The position numbers and the translations under genes were made by a program. A stretch of DNA of 62,975 nucleotides, the filler included, from Hausera hauseri (taxonomy: Eukaryota), in the NCBI GenBank assembly GCA_046269625.1. It is 11 parts of 11 records of this genome, joined end to end, with 100 filler letters (N's around TTAATTAATTAA, not from the genome) between each part and the next. Parts side by side here need not be neighbours in the genome. Positions count along the whole stretch, not along the records: positions 39,591 to 49,826 come from JBJURY010216632.1; positions 49,927 to 54,564 come from JBJURY010493243.1; 9 more parts are not named here. The stretch is one strand, 5' to 3'. This document shows positions 39,591 through 51,296 of the stretch, piece by piece. The notes under the pieces were generated by a model. It saw nothing but the letters and a program-made list of their open reading frames with translations, made no database searches and was not told the DNA's origin. Numbering within the stretch: position 1 is the stretch's first letter; the number at the start of each line of letters is the position of its first letter.

Positions 39591-40250
39591 GCTGAAGTTC
39601 AATCACTTGTCAGCGAATATTCCACTGAAGAAGATTCTGTCATTTACACTGACGGTTCAGTTATTCGTCATCATCGATGCGCATGGGCATTCACAGCCCG
39701 CATAAGTGGAAAAACGGTCAAAGAGGTTAGCGGCGCCTTTGCAGTGACTACCAGCAGCCTGACTATGTGCCGAAAGCCCTGCAGTGGCTTGAAATACAGA
39801 AGCATACTCACGTTTGCATTCTCTCTGACTCAATGAACATGCTTAAGAGGATACAGTCTGGGGATGACCTTTATATTCATACCAGGTCATGCTGGTGTGG
39901 AGGGTAACGAGAGACCTGGCCGACTGGCCAACTCAACGGTCATATCAGACGGCCAACCAATAGAATGTGCTGATGTCATCAACACTCTCAGAGAGTGTGG
40001 ATTGAAAACCTCACTAATTGTAATTCAGCATTGATCTTTAGAATGCGAGAACTAGTGATTAAACACGACAAAGCCACGTTCAAGCGTCATATCGGACGTG
40101 TAAGACGACTTGTTAATCAACTCAGAACTGGCATAGTTGACCATCACACGCTTGGGGGAGGGGGGCGGATAGTGTTGCGGGGATCGAAACATTTATGGAC
40201 GTGTCCGGAGTGCAGTGATGATGATCCAGCTGAACTGATAACTTAAAATT
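39591..40250 (+). mobile_element. LINE RNase H domain and C-terminal remnant
   Basis: IYTDGSV, CILSDSMNML, PGHAGVEGNER, QLRTGIVDHHTL. Confidence 0.8.
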
Positions 40251-43200
40251 AAGGAAAACACAGTGGTCGCATGGCGTAGCTGTAGAAGAAACCCTGGGGC
40301 AGTACCTGCCAAGGATTGTAGAGATTCTATACCAGTTGAAGCAGAGCAGCAGAGGGTGGAGTGATGTTGTTGAACACATCGTCCAAGCTCAACCTCCACA
40401 TATATTCTATGGAATTCTACTCAGGGTTATCTGTGTGCCAATCCTTTCTGACGACTGATTGTTGCAAGAAAGGATTTACTGCATGTGAATCATGTGGTCG
40501 TGTAATGTAATCTTGAAGGGCTGCATTGTTCCCAATGACGTGCGGTGCTGAGGAGGACAAGGTGCTGTATAATCTTGTCACAGGAGTGTTCACTTTTCAG
40601 ATTCATGTGGTAGAGAGGAGTTCTGAGGTGTATGATAATACATCCCCCCACATTATATCTGACCCCTGCCATAACGATTACACTCGAGCAATGCTCTATA
40701 ATTACACTGTTCATCACGTCTCCAGATTGTGATTTGTCCATCTATCGGTTCCCAGACAAATCGTGACACAAGCATGAAAATAATTTTTATCCACTGTGTA
40801 CATTACCAGCGTATGTGTTACATACATCACAATAAACGAGCTGTTCCGTGGCTGTAGCCAGGTGTGGTCGAATGGATGGTTGACAACCATAATGGTTTCC
40901 ATCACATGATGGTTGTCCTGAATAGGCTGATCACTGACAACACTGTCGGTAACATCTCCAGGACGCCGTGTGATAACATTTGCAATTGTAATTCTCCGTT
41001 ACAGTGCTTCCTTCTGTATGAAACAATTTCCTCATGATGTGTTTGACTCGATATTGACCAAGTGCATTGGCCGTTCCTCAGAGATCCCAGATTGAGTAAA
41101 TGGATGCTGCACTTTGATAAAAATGAATGACATACTGCAAGCATGGTAACCAGTAGCGGACGATAACTTGTTCCTCAAACCGCGCGATCGTATTATCTTT
41201 ATCCATGGTACTCGTTTTTTTTTTTCATCACATTGGCTTGTTGTTTTGCTCCGAATTTGCATCAGATGTGTTGCATGTAAAGGCTAGAGGTCATTACGAA
41301 GACCTCCCATGACACACGCGTCAAGTATTTGTTGAGAACGATGTCATTCGCTCTGATCGTAACCCACGTAGAAACAAAAGAAATGATTTTGTTTTTAAAA
41401 ATAAGAATGAGTTTCACGTATACTGGTAATGGAATACACTTTTTGTAATTGTGAAACATTTTTGATCATTACAACAAGTGGTACCTACCTTTTTTTAAAA
41501 AATGAGGGACTGGCCCATAGCCCTCATAATAGAGCTACTAGAGTATTTCATTCTTAGTGTTGGATATTACAACTTCTAGAGGTACAGGAGAATTGTCCAT
41601 CATGAATCCAATTAACACTAAGAAATCTGACTGTATTGGATTGCCATGTTTGTAAAAAAATGCTTTTGTCTCCTTGATTAACTCCAGGGGTGTTTGAGTA
41701 AATATCAACGGCCGTGGCAAAGCCAAATGTTTCTCAGGAAGGATACATTTTAGCATCATTACAATTGGGATTCTAAGTGGTCTGAGTTTTAAAACATTAA
41801 TGCTCAATGGTGTATTAACAGCCGATGTTTCTACATCATGTAACACTGCTATGTTCGACATAGTAAAGAGGGCATTGTATTTTGTCTGGAAGACTATGGT
41901 TCCCTTGGCCATGTGTACGATTATTCCGTCTACCGTTGGATACTCTGAGATTAATTCACTTAGTCATAGTGAACGTGCTTCCGATATGTTCACTATTTTG
42001 GCATTACGGTTTAGTATGAGGCCAAATTTCAGATGGTTCGGGTGTAGAATTTGTACGATAAAATTAAAATGTTCCACCGGTGTTTTTTGGTGCCTACGCT
42101 TAACTACGACAATCAAAAGCTTCGGCACCGTAAACTTCGCCCAATCCAATAGTAAGCAAAAGTCGTAAACGTAAATACAATCCAGATAGCCCAGCATTTG
42201 ATTTCAGAGACCAAAAATAATTAAATAAAAGTAAAAATGAAAGTTAAAAAATTTATTGAAATTATACCAAAGTTTTTTGTTCATTCAATCAAAAAAAGAG
42301 CGTGAATTGCTCACTCTGCCACGCCGGCACTTATAACAAACGTGATGGCTAACTTTAACGATACGTTTTTGCACGATATGCCATTATCGAACTGTTGCTG
42401 TTTTGCCGCAACGGTTAATTTTGTATTTACGCTTTCTTGAGTGGGATTTTAAACATTGCTTAAAATTTTAAAAAATGTTTTGTCTAAAAATTTTCTGTTT
42501 TTACTGTTGATAGATTTGGTTTCGCGATTTAAAATATAACAGGATAATGTTAGCATTTTTGTTCCTGTTTCTGCTGTTGTTGTTGTATGAGTCTTCGCTT
42601 TTCTGTTGTAAATTTTGTTGAACGATGAGTCAACGGGGTTGGCTTTGCGATTGACAAAAATGATAACGCATGTGGCAGCGAATGACTTTGAGTTTGATGT
42701 TTGATGATTTGTTTTGTGATGAATAATTACAGTGGTGGTTTAAGGAAAGAGCAGAATCACTGGCTATCTATCAAAATTTTTGTGAAGGCCCCGCATTGCA
42801 AAACTTCTTGACCATGTCGCCTTCATACACATTCGATAGCGTTATTAATCTGTTTAAGTGAGTCAAAATCGAATAAATTTGAAATATTATTAAGGAACAA
42901 TTCACGGGACGATACCAGGTAATCCGAACTCCTTGAAAGAGCTTCTATAAGCTGAAGTGAAACGTTGTAACAGATGTTCTTTAGATCGACTAATGAATCC
43001 TCGCGGTTTCGAATTAGACCGACAACTTGAGTAGCAAGTTCACTGACTGACCGGCCGCTAGACGGGCGAAGGATTGACAAAAGAGGACCACTATGGGAAG
43101 CGTTCCCGTCTACCGGTACCGGGTGGCAGATAAATCTCCAGGATTGTGGTGACGCCTACAGCCGCAGCACCACATAACCCCCGTGGCAAAGATGACATTA

Positions 43201-43253
43201 CGTAAAGCAAAAAAAATAAAAAGGAAAAACTGCAAAAAAACAATGTTTGTGAT

Positions 43254-46200
43254 CTACTCAGTTTTTGTATGAAATAGACGTTGAACCTTATTGATATTTT
43301 GTTTCCTGTTATATTTACTGAAGGTAACTTTCTTGCTTTGTTTGACGTGCTGTTTAACTGCTTGCTGAAATGGTTGGGGTGAAGTTATGTCTTGATTTGA
43401 CATGTGAGCAAGTTGGAAACTGGTAGGTATATCATTTAGTATTTCTTTATATGTTTCTGCGGATTTTAGGGTAGCAGGTTGAAGTGAAGGCAGATCACAA
43501 GAAGAATGGAAGAAGTCAAGAAAGGTTGGTGCAGATTCAGCCGAGGAATTCGGTGTGTTATTAACGAAAAACGCAGGTTTCACATTCGTTGTGCACGTTT
43601 TGTTTTTTGCCGATTTGAGTATTGAAATTGTGTGTGAAGTAATGTTGAGAACTTTAAATGGTCCTAAATAGTGCGGCTGAAATCCAGATGGTGACGGATT
43701 TTTCAACCTCACGAACTTTGCATTAAAGAGTTAGTCAGGTAAATATGTTTTGTCGCCGTGTATTATTTTATAGAAAGAGTCTCGACTTAGCCGGACAAAA
43801 TGATCTAGTGCGGACCTAATGGTTTTGTCAGTCGGGGTGCTGTCTAAATCGCTCAGTTCAAAAAGTGCACGAATTGTGGTGCCGAAGAGTGCTTCAGCGG
43901 TGTGCAACCGGTGGTAGTAGATGATGTGTTGCTCTACTCCAGTAATACGAATAAAAGGATGGTAGTCCAGTTAGTATGTGTTTCGGCTAGCATTTTAAGG
44001 GAGATTTTAAGAGTTCGGTAAATCGCTCCAATAAGCCGGTCGACTGGGGGTGGTATGGAGTAGTATAAATATGGTTTATGCCCAGTCGATTAACTAAGGA
44101 TTTGAATAAGTTCGATTTAAACTGGGAGCCTTGATTTGTGATAATATAGCGCGGTAAACCGAACCGACTAATCCAAACCCTTACGAAGGCATCGGCGATG
44201 TAGTCAGTGTTAAAGGAATGCAAGGAAACTGCCTCGAGCCAACAAATGCGCGGTCCATCATTGTTAAGACGAACTGGTGGCCATTATCAGAAGATAATGG
44301 GCCAACAATATCTAGGTGAACTGATTCAAAGCGGGACATTGAGGGAAAATGGAATAATGGTGGCTTAAGATGCTTAGTTACTTTGATTTTTGGCAAGCCA
44401 CACATTGTCTAACACAACCCTATACGTCGATCTCATTGATGGCCATGTGACGTGACGTTTGAGTAGGCGGAATGTAGCCTTCGAACCTGGATGATGCAAC
44501 AAATGAATATGGTTAAATGCTGTTTGTTGAAGAGAAGGTTCCAAAATTGGAAAATGGTGCCCAGGTGTCAAAGTGTCCATGGCTACGCCATCAATGATTT
44601 GCACAGATTTATATTGTTTATGTATGTCAGTAAAAGGAGGATTCTGAACTAATTGTTCTTTAGAAAAAATAGGCACGACGCTAATTGCAATAACCGATCG
44701 TGACAAAAAATCCGCTATTAAATTGTCTGTGCCAGAAATATGGGATATTTTACAGTTGAACGTTGACAAGTACGAAATATGACGTTCTTGTCCAAGTGAT
44801 GGATGCTTCATGTTCATTACGTGAACGAGGGGCTTCTGGTCTGTTTGAATGGTAAAAGGACGGGGGATAAGTAAATGTAAAAAATGTTTAAGAGCTAAAA
44901 CGATGGCCAGGAGTTCCCTATCGAATGTGGAATAACGGCATTCTTGTGGATGGAGCTTACATAAAAAGAATTCTAGTGGTTCATTTATTCCTTAAGATAT
45001 TCGATGGATAACTGCTCCGACGGCTGTGGTTGATGCGTAGGTTGTCAGGATGAGATCGGCATAAGGTTTTGGGTAAGCCAAGATTTCAACGGTTTTAAGA
45101 TTATTGCGGCGCTCATCAAACTGGTTTAAAAGTTCTGGCATCCAATATAAAGATTTCTTCTTTGGTCATGCGCCTAGTTGAGCGAAAGGAGCAGTTAACT
45201 GGCTGCACTGTGGGACATACTTATGAACGAAATGCAAAGTCCCGAGAAAGCTTCGCATATCAGTTGTAGTTTTTGGCAGTTCGACATTTCGTAATTGGTG
45301 AATTCTATCAGGCTGTGGACTGTGACCGTCAGGCGTGTTGATGTGGCCTAGGAAGTTGACTTTCTTTTGAAAGAATATGCATTTTGCGAAGTTAACCTGT
45401 AAGTTGAAAAAACAAGTTTGAGGTGTTCAGCGTGTTGCTTAGGTGAAGATGATGCTACTAGTATATCGTCGATATATGAGTAAGCGAATGGTAGGCCTGA
45501 AAGGATAGAATCGATATGCCGTTCAAAAGTTTGGGTTGCGTTCTTTAAACCAAATGGCATAAAGACGTATTTGAAGATACCAAATGGTGTTATTATCGCC
45601 GTTTTTTGGCTGTCTTCAGGCGCTACTGGTATTTGATGGTAGGCTTTTTCTAGGTCTATAGTGGAGTAGATTGTAGTTTTATGCAATGAATATAAGATGT
45701 CTGATGGTGACATTATTAAGTTGCCGATAATCGCCGCATGGTCGGAATGTACCATCATTTTGGGTACCACGCGAAGTGGTGAAGCCCAAGGTGAATTTGA
45801 ACGGTGGATTATTCCTGCTAGTTCAAGTAACGTGAATTCAGATGGGACTGCTTTTCGACGGCGTGGTGATAGTGGCCTGAGTTTTTGCCTAATTGGCCGA
45901 AGATTCTCAGTGATGATGTGATGGAATGTCGAGCTAGTTGGTCTAAAGTTGGGTTCTTTGTGATTGTGTGGGAGCATGACTTAGTTATGTATTGCTGGAT
46001 TTCTTGACTTAATGAAGCAAATGGCGTGGTTAGTATATTAGATGGTTGATCAATGGCAGAACTGGATATGGTGGATATTGAACTGTCTAAATCGTCTTAG
46101 TCAACGTTTTCCACTTTGTTACCATTCGATGGAAATATAAAATTATCAAAATCAGTAGTGTAAAAATTCATATTTGCATTTAAATTAAGTCATGTTGTTT

Positions 46201-46681
46201 TTAGTATAGGCCTGACAAACGAGGCAGGCTGCGCAACCGATGGAGAGTTATCTGTATACATTGCATTTACTTGATTGTTTCTAACTAAACTACTGTGTCT
46301 ACAGTTTACTAGGAGGTTGTACGAAGATAAAAAATAGGAGCCAAGTATTGGTGACTGTGTGTCGGCTACGGTAAAGGTCCAGGTGAAAACGTCAAGAAAA
46401 GGCTGTAACATGAAATAGATTTTGGACGTGTCGTACACACGTAATGCTTGGCCATTGGCTGTATATAATTTCTTGGCTGACGGGGAAAGAGTTTTAATTT
46501 TGGTAGACGGAAGCAGGAGAGAAACTGCTACTCTAGTGTCGATTAAAAAATCAATCGGTTGAGTGTGCTTAGTTCTTATTAAAGCGTTTAGAGTAAATAC
46601 GGCATAAGTACGGCTGTTACAGTGAAGATATTTGCCTGTGCCAGCATGCGCCGAAACATCTGGCGGCTTTATCAGTTTTTT
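43254..46681 (-). pseudogene. pol: pol (PR about 46300-46570, RT 45348-45977, RNase H about 44820-45100, IN 43254-44520)
   Basis: [79 protein letters not shown]; multiple frameshifts. Confidence 0.92.
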
Positions 46682-48036
46682 GAAAGTCCAGGATTTACGT
46701 TCTTGAGATGAGTAGGCTGTGAGGAATTGGAACTGCCGACGAAAGTGCAACCAGCGATGCAGTTGCGCGCTCTGGAGTTAAATTTATTATGATATATACA
46801 GACTATGTCAGGTCGCCTGAAATCAGGCCCGTAAAATCTACACCCTAAACAGCACTTATTAGTATTATTTTTGAATTTGGTGTGGTAGTAACACGCTATC
46901 GGTCGCGCAGGCGATCTCGCTGGTCTCGAATTTTGCGACGAAGTGCGGCTATGGCCCGCGTCAAAACGATTCCGCCTCGGCATGGTCAGGGCATCTATTT
47001 TCGACGTGAGTAATGAGATTGTCTGATATATATTGGCGTTTTCGGTGTGTAAAGAATTTATTTGCTTGTTCAAATTTGATATTTCGTTAAGCTCTTGTGT
47101 CGTTGACGTTTGTAGTGTAGCGGCGACTAATGGGGGTGATTGTGAATGTAGTATTTCGTGACTTTTATCGGCTAATTGTGCTAGCTTTTGTAGTGTCTCT
47201 GTATCCTCAACTATTGTTAGGAGTGCACGAATGTCTCTTGGTAGAGACTGCAGAAAGTACCTGCGTAGTAAATCAGCGTTATTCGTCTGGTTGACACCCA
47301 AAGTGCTTAACTGAGTTAAAGCGGTCTGAAGAAACTCGGAGGGTTTTAAATTTCCTATTGTGTTATCATTAAAATACTTGTGGATGATATTATCCAAAGA
47401 CGGCTCCGTGATTTTTAAGACTGAGTTAAAGAGAGAATTGTATGGATCTCTGCTTTGAAAGACTTCTGACAAGTTGGAAAGCTGCGATTTTATATGTGAT
47501 GGGAGGAGGATAAGAAGGCTGTTTGCCTTAAGAAAGGCGTCGCGGATGTTGTTGGATTTTAACCATGAAGCATGAAATTCCAGCCATGTTCGGCTAGAAT
47601 GTTGTTTGTCGGCAAAGTATTCTACACAAGGTAAATTGAAGGTAGGTGTCGGAGGTGGGGGTGAATTTAGAGGTACGCTGATAGTGGGAACTTCGGTTGG
47701 GTCTAGTTGGTCATTAGGCGAGGCTTTTGGATCAGACCCGCCGAGTAGACGGAGATGGATAGTTAGAAGAAGCGTGGACGGTCTAGAAGTATAAGGTGCG
47801 AGAATTTCGGATGACTGGAGAAAGATTCCGTTGTAGGAAAGGCGGAAGTTGGCAAATTTGGTATGGTGTGTCAATATGCCAGACAAGTTTTCAATCGTGG
47901 CTGTATGATTTGCATAACATTTGTATACCTGTTGATTTTGAAAGAAGAAAGCGAGTTGGATGAAGTTGTCAAAAACGTCAGGGGCGCGCAGGGTGGAGGC
48001 ATCGCCAGGCTCCTGGCGAGGTGGTGCCCGGTCCAT
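46672..48036 (-). CDS. gag: Intact 454-aa Gag with an N-terminal ubiquitin-like domain (aa about 26-100) and two CHCC fingers
   Basis: IQL...TIENL...FRLSYNGIFLQ...LTIHLRLLGG; LKPSEFL, YFLQSLP..IR, LAQLADK; CYYH-x9-C-x3-C and CIYH-x9-C-x3-C. Confidence 0.88.
   Translation of the reverse strand: MDRAPPRQEPGDASTLRAPDVFDNFIQLAFFFQNQQVYKCYANHTATIENLSGILTHHTKFANFRLSYNGIFLQSSEILAPYTSRPSTLLLTIHLRLLGGSDPKASPNDQLDPTEVPTISVPLNSPPPPTPTFNLPCVEYFADKQHSSRTWLEFHASWLKSNNIRDAFLKANSLLILLPSHIKSQLSNLSEVFQSRDPYNSLFNSVLKITEPSLDNIIHKYFNDNTIGNLKPSEFLQTALTQLSTLGVNQTNNADLLRRYFLQSLPRDIRALLTIVEDTETLQKLAQLADKSHEILHSQSPPLVAATLQTSTTQELNEISNLNKQINSLHTENANIYQTISLLTSKIDALTMPRRNRFDAGHSRTSSQNSRPARSPARPIACYYHTKFKNNTNKCCLGCRFYGPDFRRPDIVCIYHNKFNSRARNCIAGCTFVGSSNSSQPTHLKNVNPGLSKN
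46675..46681 (-). promoter_or_regulatory. -1 frameshift slippery site A AAA AAC (also 59228-59234)
   Basis: Directly before the gag stop in both elements; protease is in the -1 frame. Confidence 0.8.
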
Positions 48037-48099
48037 CCGCTAGAGGAAGTACCCGTCGAAGTCGACATTTGACAATCCCCGTCCGTTAGTGCCGGGGTT

Positions 48100-49821
48100 T
48101 TAGAACTCGAATTTTTGCTTGTTGCTCGCGTCACTTTTGAATGATATTCCATGGTGCTGTGTGATATAAAGAATATTTCTTTGGTCGTCTTGTTTCTCGT
48201 TACTTGCTTTCGAGACAAGAATATTAGGTTCTGCTAATCTCAAGGAGACTTCTAAAATACTGGTTACCTTTTCTTCGTCAGTTTGAACGACATGTCTCAA
48301 CGTTTGAGATTTCATTAATGAAGTCCCGGTGAAAATGTGATTATGTTCGTTTGTGGTGGATCGTATATTCGGTAAAGCTTGATTATTTAACACGGCATTG
48401 TCCATGCTTCTCAAATTGTTGGCATATAAAACACCAAAATCAATACGCCTATCCTGTGGTTTAAACACCACTAGCAATTGCTTCTCAAATATTTCAGCTA
48501 TTTGATAGTAAGATTTACCGAACGCGTATTTATGGTTAATTCGTGCCGCTTCGGTTGGGCTTTTGTTCGTTTGTGTATTATTCTGACTTAAATCCAATTT
48601 ACTATCTATAGTCCTTTTTTTCGGGGGAACAACTGTGACTTCTTTTATTATTTCATTCCGTTTTTGTTGGCCTCTAAGACATTCGATGTTTATATAACCA
48701 TTACTTTTATTTTCCTCTTCGGGTGAGTGTTCCTCATGAACACTGTCATCCTTTTCCGAAACAATGCACGCGGAATGAGAAACAAATACGGGATTTTGAT
48801 CGTAACATAAGTTGAATCTATTCACTGTTGATATGGGAACGTGTAGTTCATTTATGACGTAATCAGTTTCAATAATTGATGCAAAAAATTGCGTTTCCAA
48901 CTCGGCCATAGAGAACACATTCGCATAATATTGTTTATGAATGAAATTTTGCAGTGGTGGTTCGTGTAGAATCTGATTCACTGGTTTTTGTTTCCGTTGT
49001 TCAGTTCCTTTTGTTGAGAATATGTTTGTTCGTTGATCGTGACCGTCGTTACGAACAATGACAAATTGGTATTTAACAAGGTCTGTTAATCGAACTGCAG
49101 GGAGTGTATAAACAAATATTCGCTCATCATCTTGTTTGTGTTGTAACGCTTTATTTTTTTCAGTTATTGAGACATACGGGTGAGTGTTATTATCACGTAT
49201 TATTTTCTTTTGTAAAACAATAATTAACTGTTCGCCATTTTCGGCAGCGTATTTCAGGGCCATGTTCATTATTTTTACTTCGGCATTTTCTTTCGCCTTT
49301 GCTACCGAATGAACGTCAAAAAATTTCCTGTTGTTCCCACCGATTATCGCCATAGAATTGTTGTAAATAAAACACCGGTATAAAGATCCGATATTTTTTG
49401 TAATGTTAATAGTAAATTTAACAGTAAATTTTAGTAGTAAATTGTTTGTAGGAAAATAAAAACATAATAAGTGCCGTGTACTACAGAATGAACAATTCAC
49501 TAACCCCATGCTGCATCGGAATATCCGGTGGTTGAGTTGGTCCGAAAGGCATAATACGGCTGAGTGTGGTCTGTTCGTATCCAAGTAGCCATGGAAATAT
49601 CGGATGTCTGCGCGGTTTGCCAAAAGGTGATCGACTGAATGTGTAACCGGTTCCGTGAGTGAATTTATCGGATACTTCTGACACCATTGTTGAATTTGTT
49701 GTATGCATTTCCAACGGGCAACCTTAGTTGCGTTAGTATGTGAAAATAAAAAAATCGTAACCGGTATTTCTTGGTGCCTACACTTAACTCTTACGGTTAA
49801 AAGTTTCGGCACCGTAAACAT
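48100..49821 (-). CDS. Orphan 573-aa ORF upstream of gag (open to the contig end)
   Basis: 1.7 kb stop-free in AT-rich DNA; same strand and frame as gag; no recognisable motifs. Confidence 0.65.
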   Translation of the reverse strand: MFTVPKLLTVRVKCRHQEIPVTIFLFSHTNATKVARWKCIQQIQQWCQKYPINSLTEPVTHSVDHLLANRADIRYFHGYLDTNRPHSAVLCLSDQLNHRIFRCSMGLVNCSFCSTRHLLCFYFPTNNLLLKFTVKFTINITKNIGSLYRCFIYNNSMAIIGGNNRKFFDVHSVAKAKENAEVKIMNMALKYAAENGEQLIIVLQKKIIRDNNTHPYVSITEKNKALQHKQDDERIFVYTLPAVRLTDLVKYQFVIVRNDGHDQRTNIFSTKGTEQRKQKPVNQILHEPPLQNFIHKQYYANVFSMAELETQFFASIIETDYVINELHVPISTVNRFNLCYDQNPVFVSHSACIVSEKDDSVHEEHSPEEENKSNGYINIECLRGQQKRNEIIKEVTVVPPKKRTIDSKLDLSQNNTQTNKSPTEAARINHKYAFGKSYYQIAEIFEKQLLVVFKPQDRRIDFGVLYANNLRSMDNAVLNNQALPNIRSTTNEHNHIFTGTSLMKSQTLRHVVQTDEEKVTSILEVSLRLAEPNILVSKASNEKQDDQRNILYITQHHGISFKSDASNKQKFEF

Positions 49822-50889
49822 CGCACNNNNNNNNNNNNNNNNNNNNNNNNNNNNNNNNNNNNNNNNNNNNTTAATTAATTAANNNNNNNNNNNNNNNNNN
49901 NNNNNNNNNNNNNNNNNNNNNNNNNNGCCTAAATGTATTTAATTACAAGTAAACGTGTCAATTTTACTGCATCGCATAATATTTTAACTTTTGATTCATG
50001 TAATTGTTTGTTTTCATATAATTGATCAATCCACTGGTCCAAATCTTTGATATCGACTAAGGGTTCTGGCATTAAAGTCACATATGTTAGACAGTATTCT
50101 TTATTAAATATGAACGATATTTGGATTCAATCTATTGAATATTTTATGTATTATGTACAATACATATAGCTACCAGATACATGTATTTACTTCATTTTAA
50201 AAGTATTTCATCCTTTTAAAATTATTTGCATTTGATTTAAACGATCTTCACATGTTTTGTAAAATGGATTAAATATTTGCTATATAATAGGGTAAATTGG
50301 GTATAACTTCATAGTCAACAAACATCCACTCACTTTTTCTTTTAATGACTACAATTATGTTTAACTTTAAGTTATGGAATAGTTTGTTATAGTATTACGT
50401 ATTATGAGAAACTATTACATTTCTATTAATTTCAATAAAGTTCTTGCTGCTTTTTAGTGACTCCTATTATTTAGAGTGGGCTCTTCTTACACACATCAGT
50501 GGCGACTATATCCACCGTTAACCTATGAGATCAAGGGATCTTCTAAAATAATTCCATGATGTCGTTGAGAATCGGCTTTAATTCTTTGATAGATCATCAA
50601 TGATCAATGCAGAAAATTCGTTGAATAAAATTCGATTATAGATGGATTATTCAAGGTGCTCGTTTATAAATACCTGCAATTCCTTTTTGGTGAAACAAGC
50701 CAAAATATTAATATACTGGATAATGTTATCGGAACTGTGTACCTAATTTTAGAAAGTGTTTTTAATCAATAATAAAATCAGGAAGTTGCCAGAAGGGCTT
50801 CTATGATAGACAATTCTGTTGTAATTCAAATGGTAATGTTTCCAAAAATATATTTATATTTATAACAAATTAAAAATTCCACACTCACC

Positions 50890-51270
50890 CTATTTTAGGC
50901 CTTTGTCTCGGGTTGGATTGCGTCTTACTCTTATTTCATCGGTCGATAATTGCTTCTCCTCTTGCATCTAGTCCCCTTAGTATACGTCTGTATCTCTCTG
51001 TAAATATCAATTATCGCTTTTGATACTTTTCGACACGACCGTTGTAGCCTGCTCCGAATTCATAGTGCCATTCTATGGCATTCCCGATCGTGTCATATTC
51101 ACTACGTTTTTCTTCATTATTCTCCCATCATTAATCCTTTTCAATCTGTATGCATGTTTTCATAGTTTCCAGATCACTGTATATGGCTCTTCGTGCCTCG
51201 GGACGTCGATTCCTTTGACTCGAAGTAATATTCTGGCCAGTAACATATATTCAATGGTCAGCTTGAAGAC
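50890..51270 (-). pseudogene. Gypsy integrase C-terminal GPY/F remnant
   Basis: RILLRVKGIDVPRHEEPYTVIWKL*KHAYRLKRINDGRIMKKNV. Confidence 0.55.
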
Positions 51271-51296
51271 AGTTAATGTTATTGTATCGTTAGAGG

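Larger units (their letters stand above)
42070..49826 (-). mobile_element. CsRN1-like Ty3/gypsy element: orphan ORF, Ubl-Gag, pol, putative 3' LTR
   Basis: CHCC-type Gag fingers; PR-RT-RH-IN order; PPT-like GGGGGTTA then TGTGGTG at 43174; left boundary uncertain. Confidence 0.8.

Noticed and set aside
42070-49826. 42076-42140 and 49760-49824 as the ends of a matched LTR pair
   Set aside because: Too diverged outside the hairpin, and no PBS or ACA end follows the upstream copy; not excluded but unsupported
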